This document shows positions 40,675-49,752 of a DNA stretch of 64,000 nucleotides, in pieces; position 1 is the stretch's first letter, and each line of letters opens with the position of its first letter. Position numbers and translations under genes: made by a program. The notes under the pieces are model-generated. The model ran no database searches, had not been told where the DNA came from, and saw only the letters and a list, made by a program, of their open reading frames with translations. The stretch covers positions 1 to 64,000 of the forward strand of contig CBFIJH010000005.1 of assembly GCA_965662895.1 (NCBI GenBank). Direction: 5' to 3'. The stretch is from Candidatus Poseidoniaceae archaeon (GTDB taxonomy: Archaea; Thermoplasmatota; Poseidoniia; Poseidoniales; Poseidoniaceae).

Positions 40675-41861
40675 ACCAATGATTCGCTGCAAGCGTATCG
40701 TCGACTGCAATTTCTGCACTTGCCTTCGCGTTCATGATTTCGTTTGGCACCGCCTTCGACCATCAATCGTTGTACTTCTATGATGCTTTCACGAAGATGC
40801 TGCTTTTCGTGTGTATCCCAGAAGACCTGATGGATGTCTTCTTCACCATAGCGTAAGATTCCATAGGGTGGAGATTTTTTGGTGTTGGTCTCGACAAGAG
40901 AGATGTAAGCGAGCAGTTGCAATCGATGTGAGGGATACGGTTTTTTTGGTATTTTACCAGTTTTCTGCTCAACCGGAATAAATTCACCATCAATGATGAC
41001 GATTTGATCGGGTCTCCCGCGCAGACCTGATACACGATCGATGAGAAGGTCGCTGGTTTGGTCATCATCAGAATAAACGATTTCAGCTCCACTTTCAAGT
41101 CCAACCTTTTCTCTGTTCATAGCCATCTCATTTTCCGCTTTGAGCGAATTTTGAAGTTGCCAAGTAGCAAAAAATGTCCATATAAAAGCAATGAGTATGA
41201 GAATAAAGCCAGCCTGGCTTCGATCTTGTGCTGCAGCGAGTGCAATGGCGTGGATGCCTATGACGATTGTCGATAAGAGGAGACCTGCTTCTGTTTTTCC
41301 TGCTGAAAACCATCCTCCGAGAAAACCGATAGGACTCCAAGTTGGCTCCATGCCAGTTGAAGCAAAGCGTTGTTTCATTTCTCGAATTTCTTTCAAATCA
41401 TGTTCGAAATTGAGCCAGTTTCGCCAAGGTAAAACGATTGACAGAATCGCAGCGATGAGAAACGAAACAGACCACATCGAGAGGATTTTTGCCAACTCAA
41501 TTGGGGAATTCATTACATCATCGATGTAAACAAACGCAACAGCGTCGATTGAAAAGGCGATGATAATTCCAAACCACCATGACCAAATGAGAAGTGAGCG
41601 ACGCATTCGAATTAACGCCTCTTGGAATTCATTCATATCCTTGTGAATCTCTTTGTGCTTCTCAACACCTTTTTCCACGGCTTCTCCAACTCCAGAGGTA
41701 CCTTCCTTTGCGAGTTGCCACGAGAGAGGACAGTACATGAATCGCTCCAGATCACTGGCACTTACAGAGAGCGGCGTTTCAGAATCGTCGATGTAATAGC
41801 CTTCTGGGCCGGGTTTTGCATCCGAAAAATCGGCCCCCATGTTTTCATCTCTAGCCCACAT
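40671..41861 (-). CDS. solo Cas4-like PD-(D/E)xK Fe-S nuclease with internal four-TM insertion
   Basis: SASDLERFMYCP, G...H, GRPD, VEQKTG, QLLAY, CRNCSRRYAC; four hydrophobic helices at about aa 88-237. Confidence 0.85.
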   Translation of the reverse strand: MWARDENMGADFSDAKPGPEGYYIDDSETPLSVSASDLERFMYCPLSWQLAKEGTSGVGEAVEKGVEKHKEIHKDMNEFQEALIRMRRSLLIWSWWFGIIIAFSIDAVAFVYIDDVMNSPIELAKILSMWSVSFLIAAILSIVLPWRNWLNFEHDLKEIREMKQRFASTGMEPTWSPIGFLGGWFSAGKTEAGLLLSTIVIGIHAIALAAAQDRSQAGFILILIAFIWTFFATWQLQNSLKAENEMAMNREKVGLESGAEIVYSDDDQTSDLLIDRVSGLRGRPDQIVIIDGEFIPVEQKTGKIPKKPYPSHRLQLLAYISLVETNTKKSPPYGILRYGEEDIHQVFWDTHEKQHLRESIIEVQRLMVEGGAKRNHEREGKCRNCSRRYACSESLV

Positions 41862-41962
41862 AGATTTGATTTCTTCCCCTACTTATGTCAAAAACACAGT
41901 TCCGAGATGTTGCGAAGCGGTTAAGAAGAGGCTTCAGGTCGGTTGCTTGCTGAGGCACTACT

Positions 41963-42571
41963 ATGTCTGAAGAAACGCAACTTTTGATTCCACTTGAACT
42001 CTATGAAGAATCTGGTGCGAACATTGGAACAAAGCAAAAGAGTGCAGACATGGGTCGATTCATCGATACCGTCAACTCCGATGGTCTGTACCTTCTCAAC
42101 CTCAATCAAACCGACAGCAGGATTCGAATTATTGCCTCCTTCCTGAATCAATTTGAGCCATCACAAATCATGGTAGTATCTGCTCGACAGTACGGACAGC
42201 GTCCTGCTCGAATGTTTGCTGAAGCCATCGGTGCTCTCTCTGCAGTTGGTCGTTTTATTCCCGGAAGTCTCACCAACCCAGACCTCCGCTCCTACAAAGA
42301 ACCTGACGTTCTTTTCGTCACAGACCCTGCATCAGACCAACAATCGCTTCGCGAAGCGGTCAACACAGGTCTGCCGATTGTTGGGCTTGTTGATGCAAAC
42401 AACAAGCTACGAAACGTCGATGTTGCTCTCCCTGCAAACAACAAGAGCCGACATTCTCTTGCACTCATTTATTGGCTCCTCTCGCGAGAAGTCCTCAAAC
42501 TCCGTGGAGCAACCACTGACGAAGCATGGGCAGAAGCCAACGATCTTGAGGACTGGAAGTCAACCTTCTGA
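41963..42571 (+). CDS. rps2: 30S ribosomal protein S2
   Basis: IGTKQKSADM, SARQYGQRP, GRFIPGSLTNP, PANNK. Confidence 0.97.
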   Translation: MSEETQLLIPLELYEESGANIGTKQKSADMGRFIDTVNSDGLYLLNLNQTDSRIRIIASFLNQFEPSQIMVVSARQYGQRPARMFAEAIGALSAVGRFIPGSLTNPDLRSYKEPDVLFVTDPASDQQSLREAVNTGLPIVGLVDANNKLRNVDVALPANNKSRHSLALIYWLLSREVLKLRGATTDEAWAEANDLEDWKSTF

Positions 42572-43594
42572 GATTGGCTTCAGGAAGTCAGAAATCGCTT
42601 GCGCAGATTCGTTAACATCTGAAAGTTCGTGCATCAGTGTTCGAACGGATTTTGCTCCGGGTAGACCTTTTGAAAATGCAATCGCATGACGTTGCATTGT
42701 TTGTTTTGCAAGTCCTGTTGTTTCTCGACAGAGTGCAACATAGCGATCCCAACACCATCGACGTGAAGCAAATGCTCTTGAGGTCTCTGACATTGTTTCC
42801 CACGAATCTTGATGCTGTTTCACCCAGGGCAATTCCTCTTCTTCCAACCATCCAAGACCTACCTTGATTCGTGCAAAAATATCGGGGCGTCCAATTGCCG
42901 CTCGGCCAATCATGAGTCCTGAAGCGTTGGTAGCCTCCAAGCATCGTCGTGCACTCTCTGCATTGGTGATGTCTCCATTTGCAACGACTGGAACGTCCAC
43001 CGATTGAACAGCTGTTTCAATCGTCTTCCAGTCAGCAATTCCGGAATATCGTTGCCTGAGTGTCCGACCATGGATGCACAAGCGTTGAGCACCTACCTTC
43101 TCGAGCGATTGACAGATATGAACCGCATTGTTTGGGCCTTGGCCGGTACCAAGTCGCATTTTTGCAGTGACGGGAACATCAACAGCATCAACAATATTTT
43201 CAACCATTGAAACGAGTTTTTGAGGCTCTCCCATCAATGCTGCACCAGCGCAAATATTGGTAACCTTTGGAGCAGGGCACCCAAAATTCAAATCGATGAC
43301 ATCTGCAGAATCTTGAAGCATTGTCGCCGCTTTGACCATATCACTGATTTCGCCTCCAAAGATTTGAGGAATGAACGGTTGTTCCCTTGGATCTGATTCC
43401 ATTTTTCTCCATGAGGTTGTTGCTTCCCGGCTCAATGCTGTACTGTTCGTAAATTCTGTAATCGTTATGTCCGCGCCACATTCCTTTGCTAACAGACGAT
43501 AAGGAAGGTCTGAGACTCCTGCCATTGGAGCGAGATAGAGTGGTCTCTGCTCACCAGACCAGGGCTCATAGGTCTCGAAACCGACGCCACTCAT
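42560..43594 (-). CDS. dus: tRNA-dihydrouridine synthase
   Basis: LAPMAGVSD, DLNFGCP, AKMRLG, IHGRT, VANGDI, MIGRAA. Confidence 0.95.
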   Translation of the reverse strand: MSGVGFETYEPWSGEQRPLYLAPMAGVSDLPYRLLAKECGADITITEFTNSTALSREATTSWRKMESDPREQPFIPQIFGGEISDMVKAATMLQDSADVIDLNFGCPAPKVTNICAGAALMGEPQKLVSMVENIVDAVDVPVTAKMRLGTGQGPNNAVHICQSLEKVGAQRLCIHGRTLRQRYSGIADWKTIETAVQSVDVPVVANGDITNAESARRCLEATNASGLMIGRAAIGRPDIFARIKVGLGWLEEEELPWVKQHQDSWETMSETSRAFASRRWCWDRYVALCRETTGLAKQTMQRHAIAFSKGLPGAKSVRTLMHELSDVNESAQAISDFLKPISEG

Positions 43595-44706
43595 CGTTCA
43601 TCGCCCGTTGTCAAGACCTCTTCAATCATCGTGCCGACTCGTCGTATTCTTCGTAACAAACGGTCGAGGCGAGCCATCATGTTCTGTTTGGAATCTGAGA
43701 TTGTGTTCCCAACCAGACGGTATCCGAGAGGCAAGCGACCTCCGAGTAGGTTGAGCAACAACATTTGATCTGCAGCATTGATGCCCACCATCGCCCGTTG
43801 AACGTCTTCGATGGTGAGTTTTCCCTTGTTCAAAGGCCTCAGCAAAGCGTTGTGATTTTCCTCAGGAATCAGACGCATGAAACCTCCTTTCTTCAAGAGC
43901 CAATCCTCTCCTCGCCGTTGATGCTGAGTCATCATTGCGGACCAAAGGGCAGAAGCGAGCCGGTCGGTTCGAGGAATTCGTTCAACAAGCCCACATGCTC
44001 GGAATCGCTCAAGAATGCGTCCAAGTCGAGCCTTTTGCCCTCCAAACTTCTCATGAGCATCGTCCAATGAGATGGGTGAATCAGTGTTGAGAAGAAGGCC
44101 GAACAGTTGTTCTGAGACAGAACCTGCAAGGATTTCATGACCTGGGCGGTCTCCAAGCAATCCAAAATCAGCCATCCACTGGGTTACGTCGGAAGCACCC
44201 TCCGTTGCGGGACGATAATCAATAATGTTGAGATTGAGGGGAAGTTGCGATTCTTCAGCAAGTTCATTTTCGAGTGTGATTCCCTCACGGTTCCAATTCG
44301 ATTGAAGAAGATCCATCTTGTGTTCGAGAATCAAACGATACTGAGCAAAGCACAATTCCAGTGCTTGCGTTAATCCTCCACCCCTGAGAATGTACGTTCG
44401 CCAACCTTTCCCTTCATTGGTATAGGAGAGCAAACCAGATTGGCTCAACCGAGAAAGGTGATGATTCAATGCAGCAGGCGTCATCGCAAGTTCGTCCGAC
44501 AACGCCTGTGCATCCCATGAAGATTGAGGATGCAAAAAGAAATGGTCTCGTAACATACGGTGTATAGGTGATGCAAAACCGTAATCCGCAGTAGCATCAC
44601 CTTTTCGACGGACAAAACAAAACGACTCCACAAACCAACCAATCAATCGATCGATTGAACGGTCTGTGGTCGGCATTGGAAGTTCTTCCAACTTGACATT
44701 AAGCAT
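43591..44706 (-). CDS. transcriptional regulator with two tandem winged-helix units
   Basis: AQALSDELAMTPAALNHHLSRLSQSGLL and SLDDAHEK...LGRILERFRACGLVER; ATG 44706 lies 24 nt after TTCAAA. Confidence 0.75.
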   Translation of the reverse strand: MLNVKLEELPMPTTDRSIDRLIGWFVESFCFVRRKGDATADYGFASPIHRMLRDHFFLHPQSSWDAQALSDELAMTPAALNHHLSRLSQSGLLSYTNEGKGWRTYILRGGGLTQALELCFAQYRLILEHKMDLLQSNWNREGITLENELAEESQLPLNLNIIDYRPATEGASDVTQWMADFGLLGDRPGHEILAGSVSEQLFGLLLNTDSPISLDDAHEKFGGQKARLGRILERFRACGLVERIPRTDRLASALWSAMMTQHQRRGEDWLLKKGGFMRLIPEENHNALLRPLNKGKLTIEDVQRAMVGINAADQMLLLNLLGGRLPLGYRLVGNTISDSKQNMMARLDRLLRRIRRVGTMIEEVLTTGDER

Positions 44707-44770
44707 ACTCTTGTACAATCGGCGATGGTCTTTGAATCCTGTGCAACAATTGCTTTACAGAAAGGGAAAG

Positions 44771-45439
44771 TTATGCCTGAGCCCGACGCCCATCACTCCA
44801 ATGATAGGTCAAACGTTCCGATCTTCGGAAGGTGTCGATTTGGATGTGCGAGGCAAGATTGAGTACGTCCTGCCGTAAAATCCCTCGTCGTCGCAGAACC
44901 TTGACCGCTGAATGAACGGTTGCCCGTGTTCGTCCAATTCGTCGTGCAAGTTGTGCTTGTGACCGAGGAATCCCTCCTTCGAGAATATCATCGATGACTT
45001 GCCTTTGAACTGTTGAGAGGCCAATCGGAAGACTTGATGCCATACGTTCTTGGTCGGTTGAAGCTGATTGAAGGATTTCAACCTGAGCCGGTCCACCAGC
45101 GAAGTAACAGGTTCGTCCATTGACAGGCATAACAGTGATTTTTCCACTGCTTTGCATGACATCCAAATGGTGGCGAAGTGTTCCATTCGCAGCACTCAAT
45201 TCGTGTTGAAGTTCTCTGTAACACAGGCCTGGATGGCGCTCAAGCGTTCGTAAGACTCTCGTTCGGAATGGATGTTCGCTTGATTGTCGTTTGGTCGAAA
45301 TACCACCAAAAGCGAAAGCCGTTGCAGCAGATGCCATGGCCGCTAGAGCTTGTGCAATTCCAGCAAGACCGCCTGCTGCACCAGCGATTCCTGCCGCCAG
45401 CCAAGGGCGTTCACGAACCCACTGCGTGAGAAGTGCCAT
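44771..45439 (-). CDS. double winged-helix DNA-binding protein with hydrophobic N-terminus
   Basis: HPGLCYRELQHELSAANGTLRHHL and SQAQLARRIGRTRATVHSAVKVL. Confidence 0.8.
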   Translation of the reverse strand: MALLTQWVRERPWLAAGIAGAAGGLAGIAQALAAMASAATAFAFGGISTKRQSSEHPFRTRVLRTLERHPGLCYRELQHELSAANGTLRHHLDVMQSSGKITVMPVNGRTCYFAGGPAQVEILQSASTDQERMASSLPIGLSTVQRQVIDDILEGGIPRSQAQLARRIGRTRATVHSAVKVLRRRGILRQDVLNLASHIQIDTFRRSERLTYHWSDGRRAQA

Positions 45440-45486
45440 ACATCGAACATGACCTCTTGGTATCTTAATGCATCGCATTGATGTAT

Positions 45487-45942
45487 CTAAGCGCCAACGA
45501 TGGAGCCTTGATGAATTTTCATGAACGCAACCAAAGGAGAGAGAAGTCTCCCACAGGTCATACCATGATTCGATAATCGATAGGTTACACGAACAGGAGG
45601 GCCATCGTTGACAATCCTTTCAACAAGTCCTTTCTCGGCAAGATAGCGGAGTTTATCGGACAGTGTTCGTGAAGATATACCTTTGAGAAGGTGCTTCATT
45701 TCATTAAATCGGCGATCGCCTGCAATGTAGAGCGTTGATAGGATTTCAATCGTCCATCGTGAACCAAAGACGTTGAGTGCTTCAACGGCAGCATCGACTT
45801 CCCAATTGAGGTTGAATTGACCTTGGCCGGAGTGGTCTTCGAGCAAGGAACGAATGGAACCTCCATTTTGGATTGTTTCACTGATCTTGTCACTCACAAT
45901 CTTGAGTTCAGTTGCAGGAAGCACCATCGGAGGTTCTGGCAT
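45487..45942 (-). CDS. HxlR-family transcriptional regulator
   Basis: GSRWTIEIL, RRFNEM...GISSRTLSDKL, PPVRVTYRLS. Confidence 0.92.
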   Translation of the reverse strand: MPEPPMVLPATELKIVSDKISETIQNGGSIRSLLEDHSGQGQFNLNWEVDAAVEALNVFGSRWTIEILSTLYIAGDRRFNEMKHLLKGISSRTLSDKLRYLAEKGLVERIVNDGPPVRVTYRLSNHGMTCGRLLSPLVAFMKIHQGSIVGA

Positions 45943-46007
45943 GATAACCCGATTCCTTTCCAATACTTGATTTCTTTTCAACACCAAAGGGAACAACGAG
46001 TGAAAAC

Positions 46008-46124
46008 CTAACTCATTTCACACGAGGCTTCCAATTCTCTTCTTCGATCGAGGGTAGCATTTTTGCATGTGAAAATGCCACAAGATCCCACAAATATCGT
46101 AAACAGGATGAAACCAAGGTCCAT
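46008..46124 (-). CDS. putative 38-aa single-TM micro-protein
   Basis: MDLGFILFTIFVGSCGIFTCKNATLDRRRELEASCEMS; TTATAC box exactly 24 nt upstream of ATG. Confidence 0.45.
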   Translation of the reverse strand: MDLGFILFTIFVGSCGIFTCKNATLDRRRELEASCEMS

Positions 46125-46240
46125 GACAAAATAGAATTGTACGTCAGTGTATAATTTGTCTGAAACACTGTTTTCGATCCAAGAATTGAACAAAACGTAG
46201 GAGCGTATGATTCATGAACGGTTTGCCAGTCGTTGGCAGT

Positions 46241-48316
46241 ATGAAGGCTGTCGAAAACGTCGCAATCATCGGTGCAGGAAACATGGGTTCTGGAATTGCA
46301 CAGAAAAGTGCACAAGAAGGATTCAACGTACAAATGGTCGATCGAGAACCTCAGTATGTTGCTCGTGGTCGTTCCATCATCGAGAACTTCCTCCAAGAAG
46401 CTATTGAGCGTCGGATCTTTTCACAAGACGAAGTTGATGCCACACTCGGCCGAATTGCAGATGTTGTCGGAACAGAAAACACTGCTGCGGAAACGGACCT
46501 TGTGATCGAGGCAGTGTTCGAAGATTTTGACATCAAAACATCCGTTTTTTCAACACTCGATGAAGTCTGCGATGAGGGGACCATTCTTGCATCAAACACT
46601 TCCTCTCTTTCTGTTAATGCCCTTGCTGAAGCAACGGGGCGACCAGATCGCTTTGTTGGCCTGCATTTCTTTTATCATCCAGCGAAGAATCGGTTGATAG
46701 AGGTCATTCCCGCAGAAACCACTTCCAAAGATACGCTTGATCGAACCGTTCAGTATTGTCGAACGCTTGGAAAAGTTGTGATTGTATGCAAGGATCGACC
46801 AGGATTCGTCGTCAACCGATTTTTTGTTCCATGGTTGAATGAAGCATGCTTGCTGCTTCAAGAAGGCGTTGCAACGGCAGCACAAATCGATGCTATTTCA
46901 TGCAAAGCGTTCCGCATCGGCCTCGGTCCATTTGGTTTGATGAACCTCACAGGTCCTCCAATTGCTTTGCATTCGACCGATTACCTTGCTGAACAGCTCA
47001 ATACGCCACGATACAATGGGGCACAGAACCTTCGCAATCTCGTTGCGGAGAATGCAATGTGGCCAATTGAAGATGAATCTGAATACACAGAGGACCAGTA
47101 TACAACAGTCTCTGAGCGTCTTTTGGGCGTTGTCTTCGGAGTTGCAGCACAAATTGTTGAGGAAGGCATCTGTTCGATGGAAGATGTTGACCGAGGTGCG
47201 AAGGTTGGTCTGCGATGGGCACGAGGTCCATTCGAGATGATGAATCGAATTGGTGTTGATGAAGCCTACCGAATGGCACAAGCGTACCAATCGCTCGCTG
47301 GTGATGCGTGGACCTTACCCTCTTTCTTTGAGAACCAATCTGATGCTTCACGAAACTGGGAATTCTCCTACGTCGATTCCTCTGTTGAAGACGGAATCGC
47401 AACCATCACCATCAATCGTCCTGAAGCTATGAATGCTCTGAACGAAGTCGTCGTGGCCCAACTTACGGAAGCGGTGAAAGTGGCAAACTCCGACAGTAAT
47501 GTTTCGACCATTGTTCTCGATGGTGCAGGTAAAGCCTTCGTTGCAGGTGCGGATGTGAAATTCTTTGTCGATAAGATCCGTTCTGATGACATTCCAGACA
47601 TCGAAACCTTCACCGAGAATGGTCACGTTCTGCTTGCAGCGCTTGAGGATTCAACGAAGACGACGATTGCGCTAACCACAGGGCTTGCCCTTGGTGGAGG
47701 ATTGGAACTTGCGCTTGCTTGCGACTATCGAATTGGAACCCGACGCACACAGTTCAGGTTCCCAGAGACCAGCATTGGTATTTATCCAGCGCTTGGTGGG
47801 ACCCAACGCCCTGCTAGAATAGCGGGTCGTGAACTCGGACGGTGGGCCGTTCTTGCTGGAAACTTCATGAATGCAGAAACGGCCACTGACCTTGGTCTTG
47901 TTACGCACCTTGTGAACATCAACGATGTCCCAAATTGCATCCAAGACCTTCATGCATCAGGAAAACCGGAAAATAAGTATCCTGGCAAACCAATGAATGA
48001 AAACAGTCCAGTGGTCAAGTTTGCAAAGAAATTCTTCTCAGATGGAAACATGACTGCCTTGCTTGCAGGAAGTTGCCCAGATGGCTTTGATGCAGAGGAT
48101 AAGACGGTAGCACGTCAGCTGAAATCTCTCAAATTTACTGCTCCAATCGGATTAGCGATGGCAAGTGAGCGAATCGATGCGACAGCATCGATGTCCCTCG
48201 ATGAGGGTTTACAACTCGAATTGCAAGGTTTGGACCGGATCTTCTCAACCGAGGACGCACTCGAAGGCCTCAGTGCCTTGATTGAAGGACGTAGAGCAAC
48301 CTACAAGAACGCCTAA
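46241..48316 (+). CDS. 3-hydroxyacyl-CoA dehydrogenase / enoyl-CoA hydratase fusion (archaeal domain order)
   Basis: IIGAGNMGSGIA, IEAVFE, ASNTSSL, GLHFF; C-terminal NRPEAMNAL, AFVAGAD, GGGLELALACD. Confidence 0.95.
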   Translation: MKAVENVAIIGAGNMGSGIAQKSAQEGFNVQMVDREPQYVARGRSIIENFLQEAIERRIFSQDEVDATLGRIADVVGTENTAAETDLVIEAVFEDFDIKTSVFSTLDEVCDEGTILASNTSSLSVNALAEATGRPDRFVGLHFFYHPAKNRLIEVIPAETTSKDTLDRTVQYCRTLGKVVIVCKDRPGFVVNRFFVPWLNEACLLLQEGVATAAQIDAISCKAFRIGLGPFGLMNLTGPPIALHSTDYLAEQLNTPRYNGAQNLRNLVAENAMWPIEDESEYTEDQYTTVSERLLGVVFGVAAQIVEEGICSMEDVDRGAKVGLRWARGPFEMMNRIGVDEAYRMAQAYQSLAGDAWTLPSFFENQSDASRNWEFSYVDSSVEDGIATITINRPEAMNALNEVVVAQLTEAVKVANSDSNVSTIVLDGAGKAFVAGADVKFFVDKIRSDDIPDIETFTENGHVLLAALEDSTKTTIALTTGLALGGGLELALACDYRIGTRRTQFRFPETSIGIYPALGGTQRPARIAGRELGRWAVLAGNFMNAETATDLGLVTHLVNINDVPNCIQDLHASGKPENKYPGKPMNENSPVVKFAKKFFSDGNMTALLAGSCPDGFDAEDKTVARQLKSLKFTAPIGLAMASERIDATASMSLDEGLQLELQGLDRIFSTEDALEGLSALIEGRRATYKNA

Positions 48317-48555
48317 ACCCAACACGATTGCATCTTTTTGATGGATTCAACGATTTTCTCCAAATCGATGGATTCTTGTTGCTGTTGTGCAAAAAGTATA
48401 CGATTTTCAACAGCTTCAATAAGTTCGTTGCCCGGTATCTCGCCCAACATATCTGTCAGAACCTCCTTCAAGGATTTTGATTGACCTCGAAGAATAGCGA
48501 TATGCGCTTTCAATTCTTCTTCATCGTCTCGTGGCGCTCGCACATTGGACGTCAA
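48313..48555 (-). CDS. small helical hypothetical protein (~80 aa)
   Basis: TTG start overlapping the JAB stop, GAGGTGA SD. Confidence 0.65.
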   Translation of the reverse strand: MTSNVRAPRDDEEELKAHIAILRGQSKSLKEVLTDMLGEIPGNELIEAVENRILFAQQQQESIDLEKIVESIKKMQSCWV

Positions 48556-49094
48556 ACAATCACCTCGATTGGTTCGGATTGGCGTTGTGCGTACCACTGA
48601 TCCCAAGGAACAACTTCTTCCTCTGTCCAGTGCTTTAACGGTCCTTCTTGTCCAATCGATTGGATGCCTTCAGGACCAATGTTTCGACTCTGCTTGATAC
48701 CAGGTGCACCGAGAACGAGTGCAGAAGTAAGGATTCCTTGTGCAATGGCAAGGCTGTTTTTGTCGGTACCACTCCAATACGCTTGGAATCCTGGATGGGT
48801 GTGAACCCATACTCTGAATGGAGCCATCATTCCGACCGGAGGTCGAAGCGGGACTCGGCCAGGCGAGCCCCAATCGATCTGAATCTCTCCATTTGCATCG
48901 ATGAGCACAGAGGTTTCAAGTCCAGCAATCAAGGAGAGATTGTACACCAAATCCCATCGTCCGTGTTGAGCAGCGCTTCGTTGGACATCGAGGACATCAT
49001 CGGATTCAACGGCTTGGGCTTCAGCCTGGATGCATGCTCTCATCCACTGTTCGTAGGTAATGCCTATGGATGCAAGATTCATCACTGGAATCAT
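48552..49094 (-). CDS. JAB/MPN+ (JAMM) metallo-isopeptidase-like protein
   Basis: GLETSVL (Glu) ... HTHPGFQAYWSGTD = HxHx7SxxD. Confidence 0.8.
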   Translation of the reverse strand: MIPVMNLASIGITYEQWMRACIQAEAQAVESDDVLDVQRSAAQHGRWDLVYNLSLIAGLETSVLIDANGEIQIDWGSPGRVPLRPPVGMMAPFRVWVHTHPGFQAYWSGTDKNSLAIAQGILTSALVLGAPGIKQSRNIGPEGIQSIGQEGPLKHWTEEEVVPWDQWYAQRQSEPIEVIV

Positions 49095-49720
49095 GCCTTC
49101 ACCTCAGGAAACTTGAGTTCACCAAACACGATACTCGACATTCGTTCTCGAAGTGGTGGTTGATTTCTCAGTTGTCCAACAAGCCATGTCGCAGCAGCAG
49201 CAGCAGCGTTCACAAATCCGAATTGGATGTTTCCAGCATCGATTGCACCTTTGATTTGACAACTCGCAGGCTCATGGTCCGGCGTCATCATCCGAACGAG
49301 GTTTTCATCCGATTCGTTCGTGAAATAAACATGCCCATCGCCGGTTGATCGCAAGTCAATCCAGGGCACGTTTGTTGCGTGAACAAGCCTTCGAGGCTCT
49401 GGTCTGTCAACGCCGATGATGATGTAATCATAGCCTTCCAATTGTTCCGCTGTTCTCAGATTTTCGGTTTGAGAATGGCAATGGACGTTTGAAAGAGTAG
49501 CAAATTTAGAAACAAGTGAAGAAGTCTTGAATTTCCCAACATCGTTTTGGGAGAATCGTTGGTGCCCGAGATTCGATTCTTCAACTGTATCTCCATCCAT
49601 GATTGTAATGGAGCATTTTTGATTTATTTTTTCGAGCGCTGGAACAATTAAATCGAAGGCGAATCCTCCAATTCCACCTGCTCCAACAATCAATATTTTC
49701 GGCATAGGCTCTGCTGTCAT
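49091..49720 (-). CDS. ThiF/E1-like adenylyltransferase
   Basis: IVGAGGIGG, MDGDTVEESNLGHQ, GKFK, GVD; no CxxC Zn motifs; exact start uncertain (49705-49756). Confidence 0.85.
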   Translation of the reverse strand: MTAEPMPKILIVGAGGIGGFAFDLIVPALEKINQKCSITIMDGDTVEESNLGHQRFSQNDVGKFKTSSLVSKFATLSNVHCHSQTENLRTAEQLEGYDYIIIGVDRPEPRRLVHATNVPWIDLRSTGDGHVYFTNESDENLVRMMTPDHEPASCQIKGAIDAGNIQFGFVNAAAAAATWLVGQLRNQPPLRERMSSIVFGELKFPEVKA

Positions 49721-49752
49721 GTTCATATCGAACATCAACAGTATATGAACGC

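Noticed and set aside
40671-41861. CRISPR-Cas locus
   Set aside because: No repeat-spacer array, cas1, cas2 or effector genes seen in the window
48313-48330. C-terminal SCWV as a CaaX prenylation or Ubl Gly-Gly signal
   Set aside because: Cys is at -3, not -4, and there is no Gly-Gly
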